Positions 46,549 to 56,793 of a stretch of DNA of 64,000 nucleotides are shown in pieces. Below the pieces are notes generated by a model that was not told where the DNA came from, made no database searches, and saw only the letters and a list, made by a program, of their open reading frames with translations. Origin of the DNA: a virus; IMG/VR virus record IMGVR_UViG_3300018080_000001, positions 1-64,000 of that record, one strand, 5' to 3'. Numbering within the stretch: the stretch's first letter is position 1; each line of letters opens with the position of its first letter. A program made the translations under genes and the position numbers.

Positions 46549-47572
46549 CCCAACTCCATAAATACATCGGTTTCGGTTCTACCGTATCCATCTTAATCAA
46601 TTCCGACAAAACAGGTCTTTCTTCTTTAACATACGCACCATTAAAATAAATAGGAACTGGTTCTACCATACCCTTTTTTATAACTTCTAGCTTGTCCTTA
46701 TCCAAGATTTCATTGGCCTTCACATATATAGGGTCAATCCCAGGGATCTTTTCTTCCTGCAAAAAAGGAATTGCTCGTTCTATTTCGCACTTAGCATATT
46801 TAACTTTTCGCACAAATAAATTTAGCTCTCTGGCCAGAGCATTAACGCTAATACCTGGATTTTCCATCATACATTTTAAAACTATAGACCCTTCTTCAGA
46901 TATTTTATCAGCAATTTCATTTACATACTGCAAAAAGATTACATTATCTTCCGCACTAGAAAAATCACAAACAGGTGAGCATTCTTCACCATCCAAGCTC
47001 ATAACATCTACAAACTTCTCTACTTTATTTATATCCCTACGTTCTTGCTTAACCCCGTCTGATGCACTACTTACCTTTACCAATTGATTCTTTTCAACAA
47101 CCTTTTTGAAGCCATTCTTTTTTGTAAAATAGCTATTTATAATATCACAGGAACATTGTTGAATTTCTCTATATATTGCAGATCGGAATTTACCCTTCTC
47201 AACGGTTAATACAAGATTCTTGTCAACTCGTATTTCTTTTTTCTCTCTCTTATTAAAACGTGGTGTACGCAGTACTACTTCATTCCCCGCCTCTTCTACA
47301 AATTCGTAGACAGAACCTTGGTATCTATAGAGATCAACGTCATACATACTCTCCACTTCCGAAACAACCGTCAAAATCTCTTGCAAAACATCATCAGGAT
47401 TCTTTTTGGTAACATAACAAATTTTTCCCACAGTACTAGTTAATAAAGGCCTCCATTTCTTCAAACTATCGGACAAACGAGGATTACTTACGGATAAACC
47501 CTTTATGATCCTAGACAGCTTTGGAGAAATTACTTCAGCCATATACGACATCAGTTTCACCGATCCTTCCAT
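46541..47572 (-). CDS. Sigma70-like transcription factor
   Basis: WRPLL...PDDVLQE...YD and FRSAIYREIQQ...D (region 2-like); ISVNALARELNL HTH (region 4-like). Confidence 0.55.
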   Translation of the reverse strand: MEGSVKLMSYMAEVISPKLSRIIKGLSVSNPRLSDSLKKWRPLLTSTVGKICYVTKKNPDDVLQEILTVVSEVESMYDVDLYRYQGSVYEFVEEAGNEVVLRTPRFNKREKKEIRVDKNLVLTVEKGKFRSAIYREIQQCSCDIINSYFTKKNGFKKVVEKNQLVKVSSASDGVKQERRDINKVEKFVDVMSLDGEECSPVCDFSSAEDNVIFLQYVNEIADKISEEGSIVLKCMMENPGISVNALARELNLFVRKVKYAKCEIERAIPFLQEEKIPGIDPIYVKANEILDKDKLEVIKKGMVEPVPIYFNGAYVKEERPVLSELIKMDTVEPKPMYLWSWDD

Positions 47573-48491
47573 TCAAATAGAAAAACAAATCCTGATCTAT
47601 CTCACCGGGGTCCATATCCTCTTTCAAATAAATAATTTTAGAATACAAATCCATAGAATATAACTCATTAAAAATATCTAGAGAACAATCAAAAGTCTCA
47701 CCTCTAGCATCACCGTCCAAACATAGTACTGGAGTTAAATTATATGATTTACAAAGAAAATTTATTGTACTAAGTTGTCTATCCGTAGCATTTTTCGTAA
47801 ATAATCCTACAGCCTGCTCCCCCAAACGATATAAATTCCATACATCACTAGCACCCTCTACAATCCACAAATAAGGTGTTCTATTATTTACAAGCCAACC
47901 TCCGTACAAAAGCCTTTGAATACAACTATCTTTAGGATTATTCCACCTGAGTTTAGATACACCAAGATACCTAACTTGAAACGTAAAATAAGTACCATCA
48001 TAATCAAATATAGGTATAACCAAGCTATTTCTAATATTTACTCCATCAAACTCCGCATCAACACCGTAAACAATACCAAAATAGTCTAGTACATCTGAAT
48101 TCAATGATCTTTCTTTTAAATAAGGAAGATCTAAATTTATATTACGAATAAAAGGTGTTATTGGAAAATCGTTTATCCTAAAATAATTATTTTTCTTAGT
48201 CTTCTTATTACCAAGTATTTGCTCCAAATTTGCAGATACTCTAGTTTCCTTACCCCCTAACCTCGCATATACATCTTTCCAACTGGAAAGATTTTCCATC
48301 ATCTTATAGAACTTGAAAAAATTACCCGTTACCCCGCATCTAGCTGACCGACAAATAAATAATCCGTCTTCCGATATATCGAAACTTGGACTTTTATCGT
48401 CGTGAAAGGGACAGCAAACATGCAGCTCGCCCTTAGAACTAAAATCGTCACCAGAAAACTTAGAAAGTATATAGGATCTCTTATCAATCAT
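47535..48491 (-). CDS. dnaG: DNA primase
   Basis: CPFHDDKSPSF CHC2 finger, IVEGASD and LDGD TOPRIM motifs, DPGE. Confidence 0.92.
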   Translation of the reverse strand: MIDKRSYILSKFSGDDFSSKGELHVCCPFHDDKSPSFDISEDGLFICRSARCGVTGNFFKFYKMMENLSSWKDVYARLGGKETRVSANLEQILGNKKTKKNNYFRINDFPITPFIRNINLDLPYLKERSLNSDVLDYFGIVYGVDAEFDGVNIRNSLVIPIFDYDGTYFTFQVRYLGVSKLRWNNPKDSCIQRLLYGGWLVNNRTPYLWIVEGASDVWNLYRLGEQAVGLFTKNATDRQLSTINFLCKSYNLTPVLCLDGDARGETFDCSLDIFNELYSMDLYSKIIYLKEDMDPGEIDQDLFFYLNGRIGETDVVYG

Positions 48492-48518
48492 AAATCGAAC
48501 CCAAAAAATCACCACAAA

Positions 48519-48542
48519 ATTTTGGACTTTTTAGTCCAAAAT
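48519..48542. other. Perfect 10-bp hairpin upstream of primase
   Basis: attttggact-tttt-agtccaaaat. Confidence 0.6.
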
Positions 48543-48599
48543 CCACTTAGTAACCCCCACAATGTATGCTAAGATATGATCTAGCTCAATATATCACCA

Positions 48600-48712
48600 T
48601 ATACATACATTCTCTTCATTACGCTGTCAATACCATATTTCTCTGCCAGCCCAAGAAAATAATAACTACAAAATAAGTAGCTGTCAATACTTTAAGGTAA
48701 TTTTTTCTTCTT
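48600..48712 (-). promoter_or_regulatory. Two tandem TATTGACAG promoters
   Basis: ctgtcaata at 48624 and 48681. Confidence 0.65.
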
Positions 48713-48735
48713 ATTCTGCGATATACTAGAATGAA

Positions 48736-50079
48736 CTACTTTTTAATATAGGGATTTACTCTTTGAGCATGCTCCCACAAACGGTACATGGAAGGATCTA
48801 TCTGCATACGAGGTATATCAGTATCCAAAACCACGTGCGGTATCTTTATCTCACCACTACGAACAAACTGGGGTGATAAAACCAAAATACCTTCCTGCTT
48901 CTCCTGCTTTGTCTGATCTATAGCTATAGAAATATCCAAACCCTGCGATATATCAATGGCCTTACCCCTGTGCTCCAATTCCAACCGGTCTGCGCTAACA
49001 CCACCCATATTTGTCTGACCCGCCGTAAAAATAGCTACATTATATTTATCTGCATGACCTTTTAGATCCCACACTGCTTGCGCTTGGTCATGACGCTCTT
49101 CTCTATACCGCTTAGACGGCGCTATAATATTGAGATAATCCCATATCTCGAAATCTGGAGAGAAATTATTAGTGTCTTCCAATCTTTTTATTCGATCTTC
49201 TACTTCTTTTACCGTTGTTTCCCTGGATTTACATTTTATAATTTTTAGCCGGTTGCTCCAAGATTTAATCCATTCAAACATCCTATCTAAATTATCTTTT
49301 TCTTCCTGGGTAATAATCATATTAGAAATTCGATTAAAATTTAGACCAGAAAACATAGAATCGTACCTATCTGAAGTCAAACCGTAAGAATTTTCATAAG
49401 TAACATGTACACAATTAAAACCTTGTAACGAACCCGCATAACCCAAAGCGTTCAAGATAATTGATTTAAATCTTTTAAAAGGTGCTATGAACTCGACAAG
49501 CATTGGAGCTTTTATTATAAATTGTTCATCTAAACCCCTTATACCTGTTAATACTCTTGGATTTAAACTAGGATTATCTCTAATAGAACGCCGCATTTCT
49601 TGACGAGCATCGTAATCATCCGCAAAATCATGTACCTCTAATTCAGATTCAGATATAATACTCTTAGCTTCTACCGCACTAGACTCTAGCTCATCTGTGA
49701 GTAAATCAATACGACCTGTTCTGTTATAACCTTCGAAAGAAGCCGTTACCGCAGCATTTACTTTGCGATAAGCAACAAAAGCTCTAAACTTCTTATGCGC
49801 GTCTTTTTGAAATGTTATTTCTCTATCGTATAAACTACTTATTTGAATCTTATATTTAGAACGGGAATCTTCATCAGTAATGGAAGAAAGTTCCTGGTCA
49901 ACTAACCCTTTTGGTACAGGTTCCCAATCCCTTTCAATAAGAAGCTTTACAAACCATTTATAGGAATCTACAGAAAAATAATCAGGTTCTACTGATTTTA
50001 ATAAAGAATTATCAATATACGAATATTTTTTTAAAACAGAAGCTAGAAACTCTGCTTCAACTTCAATGTCTAAATGCAT
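48736..50079 (-). CDS. dnaB: DnaB-like replicative helicase with atypical Walker A
   Basis: TGIRGLD, TYEN, IWDYL, TAGQTN; Walker A reads APFKRFKS. Confidence 0.82.
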   Translation of the reverse strand: MHLDIEVEAEFLASVLKKYSYIDNSLLKSVEPDYFSVDSYKWFVKLLIERDWEPVPKGLVDQELSSITDEDSRSKYKIQISSLYDREITFQKDAHKKFRAFVAYRKVNAAVTASFEGYNRTGRIDLLTDELESSAVEAKSIISESELEVHDFADDYDARQEMRRSIRDNPSLNPRVLTGIRGLDEQFIIKAPMLVEFIAPFKRFKSIILNALGYAGSLQGFNCVHVTYENSYGLTSDRYDSMFSGLNFNRISNMIITQEEKDNLDRMFEWIKSWSNRLKIIKCKSRETTVKEVEDRIKRLEDTNNFSPDFEIWDYLNIIAPSKRYREERHDQAQAVWDLKGHADKYNVAIFTAGQTNMGGVSADRLELEHRGKAIDISQGLDISIAIDQTKQEKQEGILVLSPQFVRSGEIKIPHVVLDTDIPRMQIDPSMYRLWEHAQRVNPYIKK

Positions 50080-50795
50080 TATACAGGCCAGCTGCTATCA
50101 GAAAGCCTTAGATCTTCCCCTCCACCCAATTCTACTTGTCTATATAGTTTTCCTCCTATATTTCCATCAGGCCCTATCTCTAATAATGAATCAACCAAAC
50201 CATTATAAATAGAAGATATATCCGAAGGATGATAGTTAGAAGTTATTATAGTAGGCAATTTATTATCCCTTCTGTAGTGCAAGAGTTGCTGGAGTGAAGA
50301 TAAAAATAAATCAAACTTCCAAGGTGCTGATCTATCTTCACTACCTAAATCATCCAATACGTAATAAGTAGATTTCCAGTTATCCTCAGAAAATTTTGCA
50401 TTTTCCAAGAACTTATCTACACGCTCAAAGCACCAATCTCTGTTACGATCATAATGATCAGTCCTCATAAAGTAACAAGCAATATTATATAGAAGAGAAT
50501 GTGCCAACGTAGTTTTACCCCGACCTTTTTCACGAGAAAATATGTATAAAGATAATCCTTCGTTCTCTATTAAAGCTGGACTATTCATGTATAAGTCTAT
50601 GCATTCACTACCGGAAAGGACAAAAGGTATTTCATAAAAATCAGAAACCAAATATAAATTATTTAGATTAAAACCACCGAAAATTAATCTATTAAAAGCT
50701 CTGAATTTTAAAATACAAGGACATACTCTACCCTCATAAACTCCCGTCCGATTACACAGATTGCAGCTATCTATAATGTCATCCTTAAGTGTCAT
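50079..50795 (-). CDS. DnaC/IstB-like helicase loader ATPase
   Basis: N-terminal CNLC...CPC, GRGKTT, LDDLG, PTIITSN. Confidence 0.85.
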   Translation of the reverse strand: MTLKDDIIDSCNLCNRTGVYEGRVCPCILKFRAFNRLIFGGFNLNNLYLVSDFYEIPFVLSGSECIDLYMNSPALIENEGLSLYIFSREKGRGKTTLAHSLLYNIACYFMRTDHYDRNRDWCFERVDKFLENAKFSEDNWKSTYYVLDDLGSEDRSAPWKFDLFLSSLQQLLHYRRDNKLPTIITSNYHPSDISSIYNGLVDSLLEIGPDGNIGGKLYRQVELGGGEDLRLSDSSWPV

Positions 50796-51190
50796 TTTCC
50801 TTCTAAAATATTCCGTTCTCTATCCAAATCTCTATTCAAAGCATCTTCCTCAGTAAATTTATCCCCGTATCTACTTCTAAGCTTTTTTACATTCTTATCC
50901 CATACAGACTCCCAACTCGTAAAATGTCCTTTCACGCGCATAGCTTGAATAGCTAATGATTGATACCAATTACTATCCCCTAACTCTTCTTCCGCATTAA
51001 CAAAATCTAGGTCTTTACCATAGAATATATGTTTCTTTAGCATATCCAAAAGCTCTGTCGATTCTGTAACCATTCCCATAGCAGCATGCAAAAGATCAAT
51101 CGTTGATCTATTGTCCAACCTTTTTCCAATGGCCTCATAGTCGCCTGAAGCGGTCTTTAAAACATTTTTGATATATTCCTCTGATTTCAT
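50792..51190 (-). CDS. MazG-like nucleotide pyrophosphohydrolase
   Basis: LLHAAMGMVTESTEL...EELGD..WY...N..KL..RY. Confidence 0.85.
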   Translation of the reverse strand: MKSEEYIKNVLKTASGDYEAIGKRLDNRSTIDLLHAAMGMVTESTELLDMLKKHIFYGKDLDFVNAEEELGDSNWYQSLAIQAMRVKGHFTSWESVWDKNVKKLRSRYGDKFTEEDALNRDLDRERNILEGK

Positions 51191-51435
51191 TTTTCAACCT
51201 TTCCAATTGCTATATTTGAATTTTCAGATAAAGGCAAAAACATAGAATTTATTTTAAAATAAACGGAGTAATAAACATCCAAAGGATCTCCAAAACTCAT
51301 TTTAGGATACGCCCATCGTTCAGACGGCATATTATACTTTTTCTTTACGTCAACGATTAACTGCATCGCCGCTAAAAAATGAGTTTTTGTCTTTGACGTG
51401 GTATTATTATAAATAATACTCATCTTTTCCTCCAT
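51187..51435 (-). CDS. Hypothetical protein
   Basis: 82-aa ORF. Confidence 0.45.
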   Translation of the reverse strand: MEEKMSIIYNNTTSKTKTHFLAAMQLIVDVKKKYNMPSERWAYPKMSFGDPLDVYYSVYFKINSMFLPLSENSNIAIGKVEK

Positions 51436-52532
51436 TTAACTGATTTCATCCTACCGTTTGTACTATTTCCGTCTTCATCCCACATATCATTATGAATCGC
51501 GTACTTGCTATATTCTTCCCATGTGGGCTTAGCCATTAGCATTCTCTTATCACGCCACCGATCCTTAAACATTAAAAAATTATCGGGATTACACTTTATA
51601 CCCAAATAAGTATTTGAGGCATAGTGTCTCTTCCCCCTTCTTTGCTCGCCCGTAGGGTAGTAATAAAACCCATCGCCCCGCACTCTTACAATATCTTCAG
51701 ACTTAGAAAAATCTCCATTAGATGGATACCAGCCCTTTGGGATATAGCCATCAGGAAACTCGCACTTACTCGATAAACTAAGGAACATTCGTATTTCACG
51801 CCAGGGATCGTTGGTTAGTTCTTTCAATTCGTCTAATTTAGGGTCTAATCCATTCGTATTAGAAATAGTACGCAATAAAACTATGTCATCAGGTTTAAAA
51901 TCAATACAATTCTTAAATTTTAGTTCTAGCCATAGAATAGGATCAATTTCTTTTTCCCCCAAATCTTTAATCCTATCAAAAATGCTATTATAAGTTCCAA
52001 AATTTTTTGTTCTATTACTATCGTGCACCCTACTAATAATATTCCTACGCGCTATAAACGCGTGCCCCATATGCTCAATTTGCAATTCCATAAAACGAAC
52101 TAAAAAATCACGTACGGCTCTTACCGAATCTCTACTACCTGCGTACTGTCGAAATCTCTTTAACATAGCAACCAAAGATTTATTGATACCGAATAAAGAA
52201 GACGGTCGCACGTACTTATCGTAATCATGTAAAACACCGAGCAATATACAATAAGATTTAAGATCTATATCTACATCTGTAATAAATTTTATCACAGATA
52301 AAAATGACTTCTGATACACATTAAACTCTTTCCTACTATCTTTATTGTGCCACGGAGTTGTATAACCTGTATAATTAAAATAAGTCCAAAGCATGGTTGA
52401 CACTTCATACATAATCTTGTAGCAGCGCTCCATACTCTCTCTATCTAAACTATAATAATATATAGGCCTCCTTCCGTCATCTTCAGGAGCATCTACCTTC
52501 AACATTTTCCGCATATGAATTAAATTACTCAT
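51420..52532 (-). CDS. Hypothetical protein in replication module
   Basis: 370-aa ORF, no recognised motif. Confidence 0.7.
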   Translation of the reverse strand: MSNLIHMRKMLKVDAPEDDGRRPIYYYSLDRESMERCYKIMYEVSTMLWTYFNYTGYTTPWHNKDSRKEFNVYQKSFLSVIKFITDVDIDLKSYCILLGVLHDYDKYVRPSSLFGINKSLVAMLKRFRQYAGSRDSVRAVRDFLVRFMELQIEHMGHAFIARRNIISRVHDSNRTKNFGTYNSIFDRIKDLGEKEIDPILWLELKFKNCIDFKPDDIVLLRTISNTNGLDPKLDELKELTNDPWREIRMFLSLSSKCEFPDGYIPKGWYPSNGDFSKSEDIVRVRGDGFYYYPTGEQRRGKRHYASNTYLGIKCNPDNFLMFKDRWRDKRMLMAKPTWEEYSKYAIHNDMWDEDGNSTNGRMKSVKWRKR

Positions 52533-54373
52533 GATGCCATCTTCAAATAGTCGATTAAATCTTTTCTCCCAATCTCTATCAATTTTTCATCACTGGTAGT
52601 TATTGCATCAGACATATCCGTCTTACCCAACAAGATGTCTCTTATTAAAACATCTATAGTACCTACCGCATCCAAAAAAATAAGAGATGCGGGTTGAGAT
52701 CTAATTCGATCCAACTTAGATAAATTACCTACAGTTTTTACACGTCTATGTATTCTATCCATAGACTGTTTATATAAAGTAAAAGAGTAGGGACGATCTA
52801 CGTATATGGCAGTTCTAGCCCGAGCAAGAAAATCAGTGCCTGTTCCTGCTTTCTCCGCTGTACATACAGCAATTCTAGGATAATCCTCGTTCTCAAATAT
52901 TGGAGCTACACGCGACATTTCGTCACGAGGCGAATCCCCATATATTTTTACAGCTCCGTACTTCTTATTAAATAAGTCATAAATATTTTTAACAGATTTC
53001 CTAAAAGCAGTCCAAATCACGACTTTTTGTTCTGGATCTACAAAAAGCTCTTCCAATATCTTATCAATTTCTTCATATTTAACAGAATTCCCTTCAGACT
53101 CTATAAGATTAGGATGATTCAATAATTGTCTTAGCTTTAAAGCCGTGGCATTCTTCTTTAAAAAATTTCTTAAATTTATTTTAGCCCCTTTAGGTATCTC
53201 TGATATAAATCTATCGCACAAAGACTTATATAACTTAAGTTGCTTTCCTTTCAGCACAACATCTCTAATACTAGATGTCTTATCCGGAAATCCTTTCATT
53301 TCATCTTTTGTTCTTCTAATAGATACGTGCTCAATCCGAGTTTTCAATTCATCCAAATGTCTATAACCCGCAACCTTTTCTATCCGCCTCTTTATAGCAT
53401 TTCCCTTTCTATCCTTAGTCCAAATTTCGACTTCTTCCTTCCTACAAAAATAGTTTTCAAAAACAAAAGGGTTATATAAAAAATCAAAGCCTAGTGCCTT
53501 CAAAACACTATAAGAATTTACAGGAGATTCTGAAACAGGAGTACCTGTCATTATAAGTAGCCTTGGATATTTTCCCTCAGAATTTCTGGCTTCTTTCAAT
53601 ATCTTAAATACACATGCGGATCTTTTCTTATTAACATTTTTATACATATGCCATTCATCAACAATAATCATATCCCAAGGTCTGGTAATCAAAAAATTTG
53701 TATTATCCCCGTCTACCCTTTTACCTTTCCTATTTATAAGATTTTCTGGATGTATAAGTTGAATATCCCACGGAGATTCACAAGTATCTTTCAAAAATTC
53801 TAAAGATTTTTTAGTTCCTGAAGGAACAGCTACTCCCTTTAAATACGTATGTTTTTCTATTTCACGCATATAACCAAAAACAACGTTATTCGGACATATA
53901 ACCAAAGTCCTTTTTACTTCGTTCCCTAGCGCAACTATAGAAGCTAAAGAAATTAAGCTTTTTCCCGATCCCATGTCATCAAATAACCCAGCTCTAGGAT
54001 TATTAACAATATAAGATATAGCTGAATACTGATCTTCGTAGGGAATAGTCTTCAGCTTATCTTTCAATAATAATTTTATAGTATCATTATAGATACCCTT
54101 CTTCACAGATTCGTTTTTAACATGTTTTCCGTCCAACCAATCCAAAAAATTATATGCCCCATCACTAATAGTGCAATAAGGTAATAAATTCAACTTTCGC
54201 AACTTATCTTTTAAAAAGGTAACATCTTCATACCCAATGGAAAAAACATTACCTCGGGATAATTCTACAGTCGTTAATAAGGATTTAACCACAGGAAAAA
54301 CTGTAGAAAAATAAGAGTGCTGAGGGTCCAAAGCCACATAGAACCGTTTCTTTTCCATATAAACATCAAGCAT
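52529..54373 (-). CDS. SNF2-family helicase
   Basis: DDMGSGKS, DEWH, MTGTP, QSMDRIHR. Confidence 0.92.
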   Translation of the reverse strand: MLDVYMEKKRFYVALDPQHSYFSTVFPVVKSLLTTVELSRGNVFSIGYEDVTFLKDKLRKLNLLPYCTISDGAYNFLDWLDGKHVKNESVKKGIYNDTIKLLLKDKLKTIPYEDQYSAISYIVNNPRAGLFDDMGSGKSLISLASIVALGNEVKRTLVICPNNVVFGYMREIEKHTYLKGVAVPSGTKKSLEFLKDTCESPWDIQLIHPENLINRKGKRVDGDNTNFLITRPWDMIIVDEWHMYKNVNKKRSACVFKILKEARNSEGKYPRLLIMTGTPVSESPVNSYSVLKALGFDFLYNPFVFENYFCRKEEVEIWTKDRKGNAIKRRIEKVAGYRHLDELKTRIEHVSIRRTKDEMKGFPDKTSSIRDVVLKGKQLKLYKSLCDRFISEIPKGAKINLRNFLKKNATALKLRQLLNHPNLIESEGNSVKYEEIDKILEELFVDPEQKVVIWTAFRKSVKNIYDLFNKKYGAVKIYGDSPRDEMSRVAPIFENEDYPRIAVCTAEKAGTGTDFLARARTAIYVDRPYSFTLYKQSMDRIHRRVKTVGNLSKLDRIRSQPASLIFLDAVGTIDVLIRDILLGKTDMSDAITTSDEKLIEIGRKDLIDYLKMAS

Positions 54374-55007
54374 CCAAACTCTTCCAATTAAGCCAATCTA
54401 AAATTGTGGGAATATTAGAGGTAATTCTTCTTTCTTCCATCTCTTCTCCATACCAAAAAGCAACGCAGTACTCTTGAGCAATATCAGTCTTTCCATCTCC
54501 TGTGAAAGAAGGTCTAGGATAAAGAATAGTAACTTTTGCCGGAGGTCTATAATCCCAGATCTTTGAACGATTCTTAGTCGCAACCATCGATAGTTTTCCC
54601 AACAATGCAAAAACACCATTACTAGTCAAAATATCGATGCCTTTACGCCAAAAAGATATTAACTGAGAAAATGGCGGATTAGTTGCTATGATATTAAATT
54701 TTTCATCATAAAAATCATGAGTAAGGAAATCAGTATTACTATGAATAAAAATATTTTCCCCATGCATAACAGAATCTCTAATATCTATACCTCTAACACT
54801 ACCTATACCATAGCCCTTAGCCGCTATAGCAAAAGGAAAGTAATCACCGCATCCAGGTTCTATAAAACGGTATTTATCAATACCTCGTACCCTATCTCCT
54901 ATATCACTAAGACCAATACACCGTTCTACAATCCACTTAGCAATAGACGGTGGTGTTTGATAAAAATCCTTTTCTTTTCTTTCACCTTTTCTTTTCAATA
55001 ATTCCAT
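54366..55007 (-). CDS. N6-adenine DNA methyltransferase
   Basis: DFYQTP, EPGCG, NPPF. Confidence 0.85.
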   Translation of the reverse strand: MELLKRKGERKEKDFYQTPPSIAKWIVERCIGLSDIGDRVRGIDKYRFIEPGCGDYFPFAIAAKGYGIGSVRGIDIRDSVMHGENIFIHSNTDFLTHDFYDEKFNIIATNPPFSQLISFWRKGIDILTSNGVFALLGKLSMVATKNRSKIWDYRPPAKVTILYPRPSFTGDGKTDIAQEYCVAFWYGEEMEERRITSNIPTILDWLNWKSLDA

Positions 55008-55018
55008 AACAGCTCCTT

Positions 55019-55447
55019 CTAAAACTTATCATCGTTAAGAAAATCAGAAAGCTTCTGATTTCTCTTATCCATCTCAGAAACAGATCCCAATTCTAGTACT
55101 CTCCCTTTTATTAAAGGATAACCTCGTTTTCCCACGCCAGTCATTAGTATTTCTCTTACAGGTATTTCTTCCTCTACATAATAAATAGATTCAAAAGTGC
55201 GATTTTCATCAACACCAATATTCCTCATATATGTTTTTGCTTCAATCCTTATTATATCGTCTTCATTAATGTCTGTTTCCCATAAATACCAGAGGATTCC
55301 TTTGGATGACTCAACCTTAGACGTTATATATTCTCCACAATCGTCATTCCAGCTACACTCTTCATCGTTTATATACGCCTTAACTGTTTGTCCGTACTTT
55401 CTATATCCCATAGATTTTTGATAACCTATTTGTATAACTACACGCAT
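55019..55447 (-). CDS. Hypothetical protein
   Basis: 142-aa ORF. Confidence 0.6.
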   Translation of the reverse strand: MRVVIQIGYQKSMGYRKYGQTVKAYINDEECSWNDDCGEYITSKVESSKGILWYLWETDINEDDIIRIEAKTYMRNIGVDENRTFESIYYVEEEIPVREILMTGVGKRGYPLIKGRVLELGSVSEMDKRNQKLSDFLNDDKF

Positions 55448-55450
55448 TAA

Positions 55451-56017
55451 TCAATCAGAAGAAACAGCTATCTCTAAAGATTCTTCGTAATCCGTTGATC
55501 CTTCAGAATTTTTAGATAATTTAGCTGTAGGCAAAAAATTCAACTCCATATACTTCATCACCATATCAATAATTGACTTACAAAAAGGCACGCCTTTTAC
55601 ACTGGTAATCCCGCGTGGATCAAATTGCCAGGCTTTAAATTTTTCATAAATCTTTTTTGGATCTACGCCGTATTGCAAAAGCATGCTTATAGCTTCAGCC
55701 CATGCATTTGCAAAACCGTGTAACTCAGTTCCCATTTTATCCAAAAATAATCTAACTTCTCCGGGATAGCCATCTTCATAAAAATCTATAATAAAATATC
55801 CTTTTATTTGCGATACTTTATTAAAACCTTTATCATCCAACTCGGGAAGAGCCGCTGTAACCGTAAATTTTACGGTTCTACTTTTAACATCTTCATTTAA
55901 ACTATATTTTACAGGATGTGAATCTTCCAACGGAGATCTATAGACTACTTTATTTCTCTCCTCCAAAGGGCATTCTTTATTGCACAACTTTCCTATAACT
56001 TCGGATTTCCCACTCAT
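55451..56017 (-). CDS. Stand-alone TSCPD domain (class II RNR C-terminal-like)
   Basis: YEDGYPGEV...AISMLLQYGV...FDPRG...CKSIID. Confidence 0.8.
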   Translation of the reverse strand: MSGKSEVIGKLCNKECPLEERNKVVYRSPLEDSHPVKYSLNEDVKSRTVKFTVTAALPELDDKGFNKVSQIKGYFIIDFYEDGYPGEVRLFLDKMGTELHGFANAWAEAISMLLQYGVDPKKIYEKFKAWQFDPRGITSVKGVPFCKSIIDMVMKYMELNFLPTAKLSKNSEGSTDYEESLEIAVSSD

Positions 56018-56616
56018 TTTTTCTCCGTTTCAACTAAAAAGTCCTTCACATTTCTGATTGCGTGGTTCCACTCGGCATCACAACGATTACTGCGCAACAC
56101 AGCAGAGGGGTGAACGCAAATAGCCACTCTAGCATCAATTTTTATTCCTAGCCTGCTACTCTTTGGTTTATTCAACAGTTCTCCGCAATGTCTCATAATT
56201 CTACCAGTATAAGGCGTAACCATAGACATCGCTTCGGCACCAAAAGATATTATAAATTTAGGCTTTATAATTTCTAGTTCCGCTTTAAAATAATCAGAAC
56301 ACGATACTATTTCTTCATACATAGGCGGTCTGTTATTCGATGAATAGCACTTACAAGTATTGGTTATCCAGCAATCTCTCCTAGAAAGCCCTACAGCGAA
56401 CAGGAACGTGTCCATCTTCTGTCCCGCTCTACCTATAAAGGGTCTTCCCCCAACAAGCTCATCATACCCTGGGTTTCTTCCTAGAACCATAATCTCTACG
56501 TCGTTATAACCTTCAGGAAGAGTAGGTCCATAAGAACCGCAGTCTTTATATAGCAAACACCTTTTACAAGATTTTATAGCGAGATCTAAACTTTTTAACG
56601 AATTAAAATTCTGCAT
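56014..56616 (-). CDS. udg: Family 4 (Fe-S) uracil-DNA glycosylase
   Basis: CKRCLL, GRNPG..E, GRPFIGRAG, TNTCKC, HPSA. Confidence 0.88.
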   Translation of the reverse strand: MQNFNSLKSLDLAIKSCKRCLLYKDCGSYGPTLPEGYNDVEIMVLGRNPGYDELVGGRPFIGRAGQKMDTFLFAVGLSRRDCWITNTCKCYSSNNRPPMYEEIVSCSDYFKAELEIIKPKFIISFGAEAMSMVTPYTGRIMRHCGELLNKPKSSRLGIKIDARVAICVHPSAVLRSNRCDAEWNHAIRNVKDFLVETEKK

Positions 56617-56793
56617 TCAACAGCTCTTCTCGTACAATCCTATACGAGAATATACCGTTTCAAAAAAATATAGATTCAAACATTATTAAAGATAAGACAA
56701 ATCACAAAGAATAAAATAACTAGTAAAGGTACAACAGATCTTTTAAGTAAAAAATATCGTTCTACCGATTTAATTTCTTTATCCAATTTTTCA

